A stretch of DNA of 24,000 nucleotides from Lichenihabitans sp. GTDB taxonomy: Bacteria > Pseudomonadota > Alphaproteobacteria > Rhizobiales > Beijerinckiaceae. Each line of letters begins with the position of its first letter. The first letter of the stretch is position 1. Location: assembly GCA_965277635.1 (NCBI GenBank), contig CBDIDE010000002.1, positions 2,451,886-2,475,885 on the forward strand. Reading direction: 5' to 3'. Shown here one piece after another: positions 7,599 to 15,408 of this stretch. The position numbers and the translations under genes are program-made. The notes beneath the pieces were generated by a model. The model saw nothing but the letters and a program-made list of their open reading frames with translations, did not search any database and was not told the origin of the DNA.

Positions 7599-8201
7599 CT
7601 ACCGCAGGCCGGCAACAGCCTGTTTCAGCGTGGCTTTATCGTCGATGATGCGGATGACATTGCCATCGACTTCGATCCTGGCGACGACGGAACGGGTGTA
7701 GGCCTTACGGAAGGGCACGTCGCCCACCGCGATATTGTCGCGCATGGCGCGACCGAAGCGTTCGATTGTCTCAGGGTCTGACAGGATCGGGATGAAGGCC
7801 GTGGGTTCTGATCCGCTCCAGGGCCGTCCTCGCACGGTCGCGCGAGCAGGATCGGTCCCGTCGTGATGCGGGGTGCGGTCACCCGGGATCCCTGGACCTC
7901 AGCGTCGCGGCGACGGCGTCGAAGACCTCCTGGTCGATGATCGTTGGCACGGCGACGGCGATCTGCTCGCTCTCCGGTTTGTCCCATAACGTCTTGGACG
8001 ATCGCCTGTTGAAATCCAACTCCCGACATCCACCATGCTGGTCGGCATCGTGTGGAGGGATGCCACGCCGAACCGTGCGCCCCGGCGGGTGCGATCGTTA
8101 CGCCCGTTGAACCCGCAGGTGAGGACTTTGATGCCGAGCGGCCCGGACCGGCCGTCGCCGAGCTGGTAGAGCTTGAAGACGGTCTTGACGGGCTCGGCTG
8201 G
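7599..8201 (-). pseudogene. Decayed large serine recombinase gene (N-terminal catalytic domain missing, at least 3 frame changes, large internal deletion)
   Basis: Recognisable pieces lie in different minus-strand frames:
- 8201-8016: EPVKTVFKLYQLGDGRSGPLGIKVLTCGFNGRNDRTRRGARFGVASLHTM
- 8013-7882: FNRRSSKTLWDKPESEQIAVAVPTIIDQEVFDAVAATLRSRDPG, then a stop
- about 7890-7826: PRVTAPRITTGPILLARPCEDG
- 7835-7599: ...GDVPFRKAYTRSVVARIEVDGNVIRIIDDKATLKQAVAGLR, then a stop

The order and motifs match the recombinase domain and C-terminus of large serine recombinases. Only about 600 bp remain of an expected 1.5 kb or more. Confidence 0.75.
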
Positions 8202-8488
8202 GCACTCGCCCTCGCGCCGACGGCAATCACCACGCTTGGCGAGGGTGGGCTCGGGTCGAGACCGGGACGGTCGATCGAGGCGACGGGGTTCGCGGCGGAC
8301 GTCATCGACACCACCGGCGCCGGAGGCTGCTTCGCGGCCGCCTGTCTCCATGCGAGACTGGTCCGGGGCTCGACTGGCTGCAGGCCTTGCGCTTCGCCAA
8401 TCGGCCCGCCGCCCTGTCGACGCAGGGCTACGGCGCGCACTCGGTGCTGCCGGGCTCGAGCGATGTGGAGGCGGCCCTGGCGGCCTGA
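8202..8488 (+). pseudogene. 3' remnant of a PfkB-family carbohydrate kinase gene (5'-truncated, frameshifted)
   Basis: The frame of ORF 8052..8513 reads ...LAPTAITTLGEGGLGSRPGRSIEATGFAADVIDTTGAGGCFAAACLHARLVRG. After a 1-nt frame change near 8363-8366, a second frame reads LDWLQALRFANRPAALSTQGYGAHSVLPGSSDVEAALAA, ending at stop 8486-8488. This is the PfkB C-terminal region (DTTGAGD...FAN.AAA motif). The GAGD catalytic Asp reads Gly here. Confidence 0.7.
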
Positions 8489-8531
8489 TCCCATCGCGAC
8501 GACGGCGGAATAGCGGAATAAAGGAGAGGTC

Positions 8532-9719
8532 ATGTTTCTCGACGGATTGAGGCGGCGCAACCCGGGCCTGGTCGAACAGGCGATCGCCCTGCACCAGGCC
8601 GGCGCCATACCGGCGAACACTTACGTGATCGACCTCGACGCCGTGGCCGGAAATGCGGCTCTCATCCGGGCCGAAGCCGACAAGGCCGGCGTCAAGGTCT
8701 TTGCCATGACCAAGCAGATGGGCCGGAACGGCGATTTCTGTCGTGCCGTCAAAGCCGGCGGACTCGACAAAGCCGTGGCGGTCGACATGGACTGCGCCCG
8801 AGCCTGCACGCGCGCCGGGCTCGGCCTTGGCCACCTCGGACATCTCGTCCAGGTGCCGCGTCACCAAGCGCTGGCCGCAGGGCACATGGCACCGGACTAT
8901 TGGACGGTGTTCAATGAGGATAAGGCGAGGGAGGCAGCTCGCGCTTCCGCGGCCCATGGGCGACGGCAGTCGCTCCTGGCGCGGGTTCAGGCGCCTGGCG
9001 ATCAATTCTACACCGGGCACGAGGGCGGCTTCCCGGCCGAAACAATCGTCGCCGTGGCGGACGAGATGGATCGGCTAGACGGTGGGCGATTCGCGGGAAT
9101 CACGACCTTCCCGGCACTCCTGTTCGAGAATCAGGCAGGTACTGTGCGTCCTACGCACAACTTCGAGACCCTGGCCCGCTGCGCCGAGGCTCTTCGCGGA
9201 GCCGGACGCCACGACATCGAGGTGAATGCGCCGGGAACCACCTCGTCGGTCACGATCCAGATGCTTGCGGACCATGGGGCAACCCAATGCGAACCAGGCC
9301 ATGGTCTGACCGGAACCACACCGCTCCATGCGATCGGCGACCTGCCCGAGCTGCCGGCCGTGTGTTACGTCAGCGAGATCTCCCACCTCAATGCCGGCCG
9401 GGCCTATTGCTTCGGCGGCGGTCTCTATATCGATCCGGTCTTCCCCGGCTACGTCGTCAAAGCGGTGGTCGGCCGCGATCCCGACGCCGCGCGCGGGCCG
9501 CTCCGTGCGGTCGATATCCCGCCGCCTGCCGCCATCGACTACTACGGAATGATCGACGCTTCCGGCGCGGATACCCCGCGGGTCGGCGACACCGTCGTTT
9601 TCGGGTTCAGACCGCAGGTCTTCGTGACGCGCGCCTCCACGGTGGGTCTCTCCGGCGTCAAGGCTGGCCGACCGAACGCGCACGCCATACACGACGCGTT
9701 CGGACGATCTGCGCATTGA
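8532..9719 (+). CDS. YhfX-like PLP-dependent enzyme (alanine-racemase-fold, predicted amino-acid racemase family)
   Basis: The 395-aa ORF has a strong RBS, AAGGAGAGG, 3 nt before the ATG. The N-terminus MFLDGLRRRNPGLVEQAIALHQAGAIPANTYVIDLDAV...VFAMTKQMGRN...GHLGHLVQVP resembles E. coli YhfX as I remember it, including the Lys in MTKQ. GC3 is high in this frame. Confidence 0.8.
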   Translation: MFLDGLRRRNPGLVEQAIALHQAGAIPANTYVIDLDAVAGNAALIRAEADKAGVKVFAMTKQMGRNGDFCRAVKAGGLDKAVAVDMDCARACTRAGLGLGHLGHLVQVPRHQALAAGHMAPDYWTVFNEDKAREAARASAAHGRRQSLLARVQAPGDQFYTGHEGGFPAETIVAVADEMDRLDGGRFAGITTFPALLFENQAGTVRPTHNFETLARCAEALRGAGRHDIEVNAPGTTSSVTIQMLADHGATQCEPGHGLTGTTPLHAIGDLPELPAVCYVSEISHLNAGRAYCFGGGLYIDPVFPGYVVKAVVGRDPDAARGPLRAVDIPPPAAIDYYGMIDASGADTPRVGDTVVFGFRPQVFVTRASTVGLSGVKAGRPNAHAIHDAFGRSAH

Positions 9720-9720
9720 C

Positions 9721-10130
9721 GGCAAGCTACGCAAAGACATCGATGAAACGGTGAATGCCATTGGGCCGGCCCCAGGCAGGCGGCTGGCCCTGTCTCTGGC
9801 TCGACGCCACTGACCTGCGCACCCGGGCCGCCACCGTCGCTCGGACCCGTAACCTGCTCGATGGCACGCTGGCGGTCGCAGACGATCGCCAAAAGGCCGG
9901 TGTCGCAGAACCGCCGCCCGCTGGCCCAACCGTGCCCGCGCCGTGGCGACCGCATGGTCATGGTAGAGAGCTCGGGAACTCTCCACGATCCCGGAGCAGG
10001 TCCATCCTTTCTGCTCCGGATGACGTGAAGGACAGCAATCCGCGTGATCCGTCGTGCATCTCGATTGCCGATCTGTCGTCAATCCGGGGTCTCGGCTCGC
10101 CGCCGGCGGCCGGACACTGGGCCGCTGTCG
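9721..10130 (+). mobile_element. IS256/mutator-family transposase gene remnant (frameshifted, internally deleted)
   Basis: Three pieces read:
- GKLRKDIDETVNAIGPAPGRR, then a frame shift
- GGWPCLWLDATDLRTR, matching the conserved (C)xxIDExVxAFxxRPLxGxWPYLWLDATYxKxR block
- further on, SNPR...VIRRASR / IADLSSIRGLGSPPAAGHWA, resembling the C-terminal STNPLERLNxEIRRRxxVVGIFPxxxSxxRLVGAxLxExxDEW block

Only about 410 bp remain of roughly 1.2 kb, and I recognised no terminal inverted repeats. Confidence 0.6.
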
Positions 10131-10131
10131 A

Positions 10132-11619
10132 TCAGAACAGCCCGTCGACCGTCTCCAGACCAGCCGCATAATTGACCGTGTGCAGTCCGCGCCCCGGCCA
10201 TGAGCCGCCCGGATGCACGGTCGACACCAACGTCTGGCGATAGGCGTCGGGCGTCAGCGCGTCGACGCGACAGAAGGAGAGGGCGGAGCCGTAGCCTTTG
10301 CTCGAGTCCTGGGCAGGGCGCCAGAGTTCCTTACCCATGCGGAACATGGCGCCGCCCGGACGCGCCGCGCGCCGGTCCACGAGCACCGGGTTGCGGGGAT
10401 GAGGCGTCCACGGACCGAACAGGCCGGGTGCGCTGAAGAGCTCGAGCGTGTCCCGGCTGGACGATGTCCAGGCGTGGGTCGCGGCGAACATCCACCACAC
10501 TCCCGCTTGGCGCGTCAGCGTGACGTCCGAGGCGCTCACCCCGTCTATCAGCACAGCGGCGTGCTCCCAGGCGTCCGGGACGCGGCGAGCCCGGTAGAGG
10601 TCGACGCGGCGGGTGCCTGAGCTTTCGGGGATCATCCACACCTCGCCCTGGTGGGCGAAGACGAAGGGGTAGGACAGGTGGTGCGGCTCCTCCAGGACCG
10701 GGCGCGGCGTGCCGATCCGGCCGTCGTCCTCGATCGCGGCCGCCGAGATAATCCCCTTGCCCGTCGCGAGCGGAAATTCCTCGACGAAGAGCGTGCGCCG
10801 GCCGTCCGCGACGAGCACGAAGGGATCGGCGTAATAGCGCCGCCCGTCGTCGGCGAGGACGCGATAGCCTGTCGCCGGAAGGCGGTGGGTCCGCCCCAGA
10901 CTGTCGGCGAGCGGCGCGGCGCGCCAGCCGACGCGCCAGCGGGGCGTCTGCCGCCGGCAGAGTCGCGTCAGGCGGTCGTTGAGCCGCCCCGCCAAGGCCC
11001 GGGCCGCGAAAAGCGCCGCCGGCCTGGCGGCGAGGCGTGCCCGAGGCCTTGTGCCGGAGGTCTCCGCGCCCACGGCATCGCCGCCGACGTCGTCGATCTG
11101 CTGGAGGCAGGCGCGAAGCAGAGTGCCGAAGACACCGTTGAGCGCGCGCGTGAGCACGTCCGGCGAATCGACAGCCGGCTGGAGGTCGCAGCCGCCGCCC
11201 TCGAACGACAGGCCGACCGGGTCCTGCGCCAGGATCGAGGCGATCAGGACCTCGTCCGTCGCCGCGCCATGATAGAGCGGGCGTACGAGCCGCCCCGGCA
11301 AGGCCGCGGCGGCGGGCAGGCCGCTGAGATCGAGGGTGACGTCGGCCGCCGGCGACCGCTCGGCCCGCGGACATGCGACGTCGGCGGCCGGCACCAGGGC
11401 GGCGGCCTGGCCGCGGCCGAGACGGTAGAGGCGCCGCTCGAGATCGAGCAATAGCGTCAGGGCGGCCGGATAAGGCCGGCCGTCGGCCGCGAATGCCACC
11501 TCGATGCGCGTGCCGGGGTGTGCCGCCAGACAATCGAGCAGCCACAGGTGCCAGCGCCAGATGCGATGCGGGTTGAGCCGCACCAGGACGCGCCGAGCTT
11601 CCGGTCCCGCGGTACTCAT
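10132..11619 (-). CDS. Two-domain conserved protein of unknown function in a polysaccharide locus (formyltransferase-like N-terminal region plus C-terminal YADPF/LSYPF/WMIPES domain)
   Basis: ORF 10132..11730. I prefer ATG 11619 (MSTAGPEARRVLVRLNPHRIWRWHLWLL...) because it overlaps the GH5 stop as ATGA, giving 495 aa. The C-terminal motif series is YYADPFVL...FVEEF...GKGII...HLSYPFVF...VWMIPESS...VDLYRA...WWMFAAT...GPWTPHPRNPV...ARPGG...RPAQDSSKGYGSAL. I associate this with proteins that public pipelines label 'glucosamine inositolphosphorylceramide transferase family' and that are predicted to be beta-propeller-like. That label is from memory and unverified. No signal peptide is seen. Confidence 0.8.
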   Translation of the reverse strand: MSTAGPEARRVLVRLNPHRIWRWHLWLLDCLAAHPGTRIEVAFAADGRPYPAALTLLLDLERRLYRLGRGQAAALVPAADVACPRAERSPAADVTLDLSGLPAAAALPGRLVRPLYHGAATDEVLIASILAQDPVGLSFEGGGCDLQPAVDSPDVLTRALNGVFGTLLRACLQQIDDVGGDAVGAETSGTRPRARLAARPAALFAARALAGRLNDRLTRLCRRQTPRWRVGWRAAPLADSLGRTHRLPATGYRVLADDGRRYYADPFVLVADGRRTLFVEEFPLATGKGIISAAAIEDDGRIGTPRPVLEEPHHLSYPFVFAHQGEVWMIPESSGTRRVDLYRARRVPDAWEHAAVLIDGVSASDVTLTRQAGVWWMFAATHAWTSSSRDTLELFSAPGLFGPWTPHPRNPVLVDRRAARPGGAMFRMGKELWRPAQDSSKGYGSALSFCRVDALTPDAYRQTLVSTVHPGGSWPGRGLHTVNYAAGLETVDGLF

Positions 11620-12872
11620 GAGCCGGCCTTCAGCCCGAGGGCCTCGATGGTCGCGCGGTCGAGCACCGTCGCATCGTCGGTCTCGACGGTTGCCATGCCG
11701 CCGCTGCCCTTGAGCTCCCACAAGGCCCAATGGAAATCACGCGTCTCGGCGGCCGTGCGCACGTCGTGGAGCCATGCGGCGCGCGATACAGGGTCGGCCG
11801 CCCGATAGCGGCCGTAAGTGCGGGTCACGCCGAATTCGCCGAGGAGGACCGAGCGCGGATCGACCTCGTTCGCCCGAGCCCAGTCGAGCACGCCGTCGAA
11901 ATCGGCCGCCACGCGCGCCGGGCCGAAACCCGAGGCGAGATAGTCGTCGGCGGTCGCCAAGGCGGCCTGGAGGGCGCGGCCCCGAGCGCCGGGATCGAGG
12001 CCGGCATCCTGGTCGACATTACTGGCGACGGTGGCGAGCACCACCTCGCGCGGCACGCGGCCGGTCGGGTAGGGGAGGTCGGACATGTAGCGCCAGGACC
12101 GTGTCCCGTCCCCGTCGGCCACCACCCCTTCGTGGGTGAAGACGTGCGGCTCGTAATAGTGGAAGGAGTAGAGGACGGAACTGCCGCGGAACGGGGCGGG
12201 ATCGAGGTCGAGAAGCCCCGCGGCGCTGCCGCCGCGCGCGCCGGTCAGCACCAGCCGTAGCGCCGGAGCCTCGGTCCGCGCCGCGTCATGGAAGATTTGC
12301 AGCAGGGACTGCCAGCGCCGGGCGCCCGCCGGGTGGTAGCCGAAGGGCGGCTCGTTCATCAGCTCGAAGGCGACCGCTGGCGTCCCGAGGCCGTTGAGCA
12401 GCCGCGCGGTGCGCCGCAAGAGGGCGATGTAGCGCGCCACCATCGGGTCGGCCTCGGAGCCGAGCCAGGTCACGGGGTCGTAGGCCCGGACCTGCGTGTT
12501 GGGATGGAGATCGACCAGCACCGCGAGGCCGAAGCCACGCAACCACTGGATCGTCGCGAGGAGCTGGCGGTCGAGCGCGTCGCGCGGCCTTCCGTCGAGG
12601 TCGAGGAAAGGACCGGGGTCAAGCGTCAGGCGGACGAAATCGAACCCGGCGGCCGCGACGTTGGCCAGGAGTGCGTCGGGCAGCCTGTGCTCCGGGCCGG
12701 CGAAGGGGTCGTCGGCGTAGTGGCCGGGATTCACCGGGCGCCGATGGCCCCAGTTCAGCAGGCTGTGGATGGCGATGCCGCGCCGGAATGAGGGCTCGGC
12801 CTCGCCGGCCCGCAGCGCCGTCGCGCCGAGCGATCCAAGCAATCCCAGAAGGACCGGACGACGGCCGATCAT
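11616..12872 (-). CDS. Secreted glycoside hydrolase family 5 (endoglycanase/cellulase-like)
   Basis: The true start is ATG 12872 (MIGRRPVLLGLLGSLGATALRAGEA, a signal peptide), which overlaps the upstream stop as ATGA. GH5 hallmarks are present: AFELMNEP (acid/base Glu), FHYYEPHVF and LLGEFG (nucleophile Glu). The 764-aa track ORF is an upstream run-on. Confidence 0.88.
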   Translation of the reverse strand: MIGRRPVLLGLLGSLGATALRAGEAEPSFRRGIAIHSLLNWGHRRPVNPGHYADDPFAGPEHRLPDALLANVAAAGFDFVRLTLDPGPFLDLDGRPRDALDRQLLATIQWLRGFGLAVLVDLHPNTQVRAYDPVTWLGSEADPMVARYIALLRRTARLLNGLGTPAVAFELMNEPPFGYHPAGARRWQSLLQIFHDAARTEAPALRLVLTGARGGSAAGLLDLDPAPFRGSSVLYSFHYYEPHVFTHEGVVADGDGTRSWRYMSDLPYPTGRVPREVVLATVASNVDQDAGLDPGARGRALQAALATADDYLASGFGPARVAADFDGVLDWARANEVDPRSVLLGEFGVTRTYGRYRAADPVSRAAWLHDVRTAAETRDFHWALWELKGSGGMATVETDDATVLDRATIEALGLKAGS

Positions 12873-14122
12873 GCCAGGGCTCCGCGCCGCTGCGGCACGG
12901 GCCGCAGTGCCAGGATCAGCGTGAAGAGCAAGAAGATCCCGGCGTTCTTCGTGGACAGGCCGTTGTTGCTGGTCGCGATGATGAAGAAGGCGATCGTCCC
13001 GATCGCCACGCCGAGGCGCGCACCCGCGAGCATCACCCGCACGAGGTTCGCCAGCAGCCCGAGGAACAGCGCCGTGCCGATCGCGCCGAACTGCACGACG
13101 AAGATGACGAGCGAGCTTTCGATGAACGAATAGCCGAATTGCTCGAGCGCAACCTGTCGCACCTTGGCAACGTCGGTGCCGAACAGGATCTCGCTCCATG
13201 ACAGGAAGTGGAACACGCCGTAGATGTCGACGCGGGCCATGGCGCTTTCGTCGACGAGACCGCCCTGGAAGCGCTGCAGCGCGCCGGCGGCATAGAGGCC
13301 GCCGAGCAGAACGGGGATGACCACGAGGGCCGAGACCAGGGCGATGATGCGGCGCTCGAGGGCGCGGCGGGGCGGCTGGCCTTCGCCCACCTTCACGAGT
13401 CCGACCACGAAGGCGCCGGCGAGGCCCACGATGGCGGCCAGACGCGCCCCGGCCGCGAATCCGCCGATGACCAGGACGGCCATGGCGAGGACGCGCGGCA
13501 GCGGGCGCCAGTCGGCGGCGGCCACGAAGCCGACCGCCATCGCGCAGGCGAGCCCGAACTCCAGCGGATGGTTGGACAGCCCCGTGGGACGGAACGTCAG
13601 CTCCTTGGCGTCGTAGGGTAGGAGCCGAACGTGCGTGGCGAACTCGCCGATGCCAATGACAGCACCGAGCACCAGATAGCCGAGCAGCATGGTCGCCACC
13701 ATGCGTCGCCAGGCCGGCGGGAACAACAGCATCAAGGCTGCGCAGCAGGCGGTGAGATAGCTGTCGATCAGATAGCCGGAGGAGCCGAGACGGCCGGTGA
13801 ACGCGAGCCAGACGAGGATGAGCGTCATGCCGCCGAGGAAGGCCGACATGTGGCGCAGGACCCGGAGTTCCCAGGCGCTCAAGGCGATCCGGTTGGTCAG
13901 GAGCCCCCAAAGGCCGACCGCCACGAAGCCATAGAGCGTCGGGTGGATCTTCTCGAGGAGGTTCCCCTCGTCCGCGGTGTAGTTCATGACGCGGTCGAGG
14001 AGCGAGGGGATCAGCGCGACGCGCAGCAGGCAGAGGGTCGCGAAGGCGATGAACAGCGCCGACAGGATGACGACATGCCCGTCCGCCGATCGCCGCGATC
14101 CGGCGGCAGTCCGAAACGTCAT
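12869..14122 (-). CDS. Wzy-like polysaccharide polymerase / O-antigen-ligase-family membrane protein
   Basis: The 417-aa ORF has about 10 or more hydrophobic segments. A loop motif, FRPTGLSNHPLEFGL, resembles the Wzy_C (RxxGxxxNPN) signature. GGGAGA lies 7 nt upstream of ATG 14122. Confidence 0.8.
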   Translation of the reverse strand: MTFRTAAGSRRSADGHVVILSALFIAFATLCLLRVALIPSLLDRVMNYTADEGNLLEKIHPTLYGFVAVGLWGLLTNRIALSAWELRVLRHMSAFLGGMTLILVWLAFTGRLGSSGYLIDSYLTACCAALMLLFPPAWRRMVATMLLGYLVLGAVIGIGEFATHVRLLPYDAKELTFRPTGLSNHPLEFGLACAMAVGFVAAADWRPLPRVLAMAVLVIGGFAAGARLAAIVGLAGAFVVGLVKVGEGQPPRRALERRIIALVSALVVIPVLLGGLYAAGALQRFQGGLVDESAMARVDIYGVFHFLSWSEILFGTDVAKVRQVALEQFGYSFIESSLVIFVVQFGAIGTALFLGLLANLVRVMLAGARLGVAIGTIAFFIIATSNNGLSTKNAGIFLLFTLILALRPVPQRRGALA

Positions 14123-14268
14123 CGCCGGTCTCCCGCCGGAGCGGGTGACCCCGCAGAGATGTGCTCGTCCGACCGCATCATCGATCCGATTGCCGAGCTG
14201 TTAATATCGAGAAGCGAAAATGAGGTTAAGGAAGGCCGCCGGCGCGGCCGGCCGGGCACGGGACCGTC
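14123..14268. promoter_or_regulatory. Divergent promoter region (Wzy operon leftwards, GT4 gene rightwards) with an AT-rich patch
   Basis: This 146-bp gap separates divergent starts. The AT-rich core gctgTTAATATcgagaagcgaaaatgaggTTAAGgaagg (about 14197-14235) sits in otherwise ~70% GC DNA. I cannot define -35/-10 boxes with confidence. Confidence 0.4.
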
Positions 14269-15408
14269 ATGGATCAGCCACTTCGCGTGCTCTGCGTCAC
14301 CCCGAGCGGGCCGGAGGGGCGCGGCGGCATCGACCGCCTGTTCCGCTATCTCCGGGAGGCGCGGGTGCTGACGCTCGAACGCGGCCTCGCCCTGCGTTTC
14401 TTCGCGGCGCGGGGCGCGGCAGAACGCAGAGTCTGGTTCTGGCTTTTTCCCTGGCGGGTGCTGCGCTTTGCGGCCGTGCTGGCCCGCTGGCGGCCCGACG
14501 TGGTGCACCTCAACTTCGCCACCGGCGGCAGCCTGCCCCGCAAGCTCGTGCTCGCCTGGCTCGCCAAGCGCTGGTTCGGCCGTGCCGTGGTGATCCAGTT
14601 CCACGGTCAGTTCCCGTCGGACGGCATCGCGGCGCGAACCGTAGCTGGGCGCATGTTCCTGGCGCTTAGCAGTCTCGCGGATCGGGTCGTCGCGCTCGGC
14701 CCCGTGTCCGAGGCCCGGTTCCGGACGCTCGCCGGCGTGCCGGCGGCCCGCTTGCGCGTCGTACCGAACGGGATCGCGGATTTCGCCTCGGGCGTGGCCG
14801 TACCGAAAGGCGCCGCGGGCCGCGTGCGGATCGCCTTCGTGGGCAAGGTCGGCGACCACAAGGGCGTGCCGCTGCTCGTCGAGGCGCTGGCGCGCCTCGC
14901 GGCGGACGGGCGTTGGGAGTGCGTCGTGGCGGGCGACGGCGAAGTGAAGCGATGCAAGTCGCTCGCGCGGGCGTCCGGACTCGCGCAGCGCATCCGCTTC
15001 GCCGGCTGGTGCTCGCCCGAGGCGGTGCACCGGCTCATGATCGCGAGCGATGTCGTCGTGCTCCCGTCGCTCAGCGAGAACATGCCGCTCTCGCTGATCG
15101 AGGGCGCTTGCGCCGGCGCGGCCCTGGTGGCGACCCGGGTCGGCGAGACCCCGGACATCGTGCGCGACGGTGTCAACGGGACGCTGGTGCCGCGCGATCC
15201 GGCCGCGGTCGCCGCGGCGATCGTGGCATTGCTCGACGACCGGCTTCTGCTTGGCCGCATGCAGGCCGCCTCCCGGACGCTCTATGAGGACCATTTCACG
15301 CTCGACGCCATGGCGCGCCGCCTCGAGGCGGTCTACCGGGAGGCCGGCAGCCGGGCGACGGACGTCGTACCCGGGACCGCGGCCTCCGGCGCGAGCACGC
15401 TCTCATGA
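14269..15408 (+). CDS. Glycosyltransferase family 4 (GT-B)
   Basis: The 379-aa ORF carries VVLPSLSENMPLSLIEGACAGAALVATRVGETPDIVRDGVNGTLVP (the EX7E motif) and the N-terminal LRVLCVTPSGPEGRGGIDR. Confidence 0.88.
   Translation: MDQPLRVLCVTPSGPEGRGGIDRLFRYLREARVLTLERGLALRFFAARGAAERRVWFWLFPWRVLRFAAVLARWRPDVVHLNFATGGSLPRKLVLAWLAKRWFGRAVVIQFHGQFPSDGIAARTVAGRMFLALSSLADRVVALGPVSEARFRTLAGVPAARLRVVPNGIADFASGVAVPKGAAGRVRIAFVGKVGDHKGVPLLVEALARLAADGRWECVVAGDGEVKRCKSLARASGLAQRIRFAGWCSPEAVHRLMIASDVVVLPSLSENMPLSLIEGACAGAALVATRVGETPDIVRDGVNGTLVPRDPAAVAAAIVALLDDRLLLGRMQAASRTLYEDHFTLDAMARRLEAVYREAGSRATDVVPGTAASGASTLS

Noticed and set aside
7625-9020. Long minus-strand ORFs 7625..8620 (331 aa) and 7899..9020 (373 aa)
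   Set aside because: They are composites. Short stretches correspond to recombinase pseudogene fragments. The rest is antisense to the kinase remnant and the yhfX-like gene, with low-complexity sequence. They are not intact genes.
9075-10169. A 364-aa minus-strand ORF
   Set aside because: It is antisense to the well-supported YhfX-like CDS and to the IS256 remnant. The sequence is Arg/Gly/Asp-rich with no motifs.
11616-13910. The 764-aa ORF taken as one giant protein
   Set aside because: Only the C-terminal 418 aa (from ATG 12872, which has a signal peptide) look like a protein (GH5). The upstream 346 aa are Arg/Pro/His-rich and overlap the Wzy-like gene in another frame.
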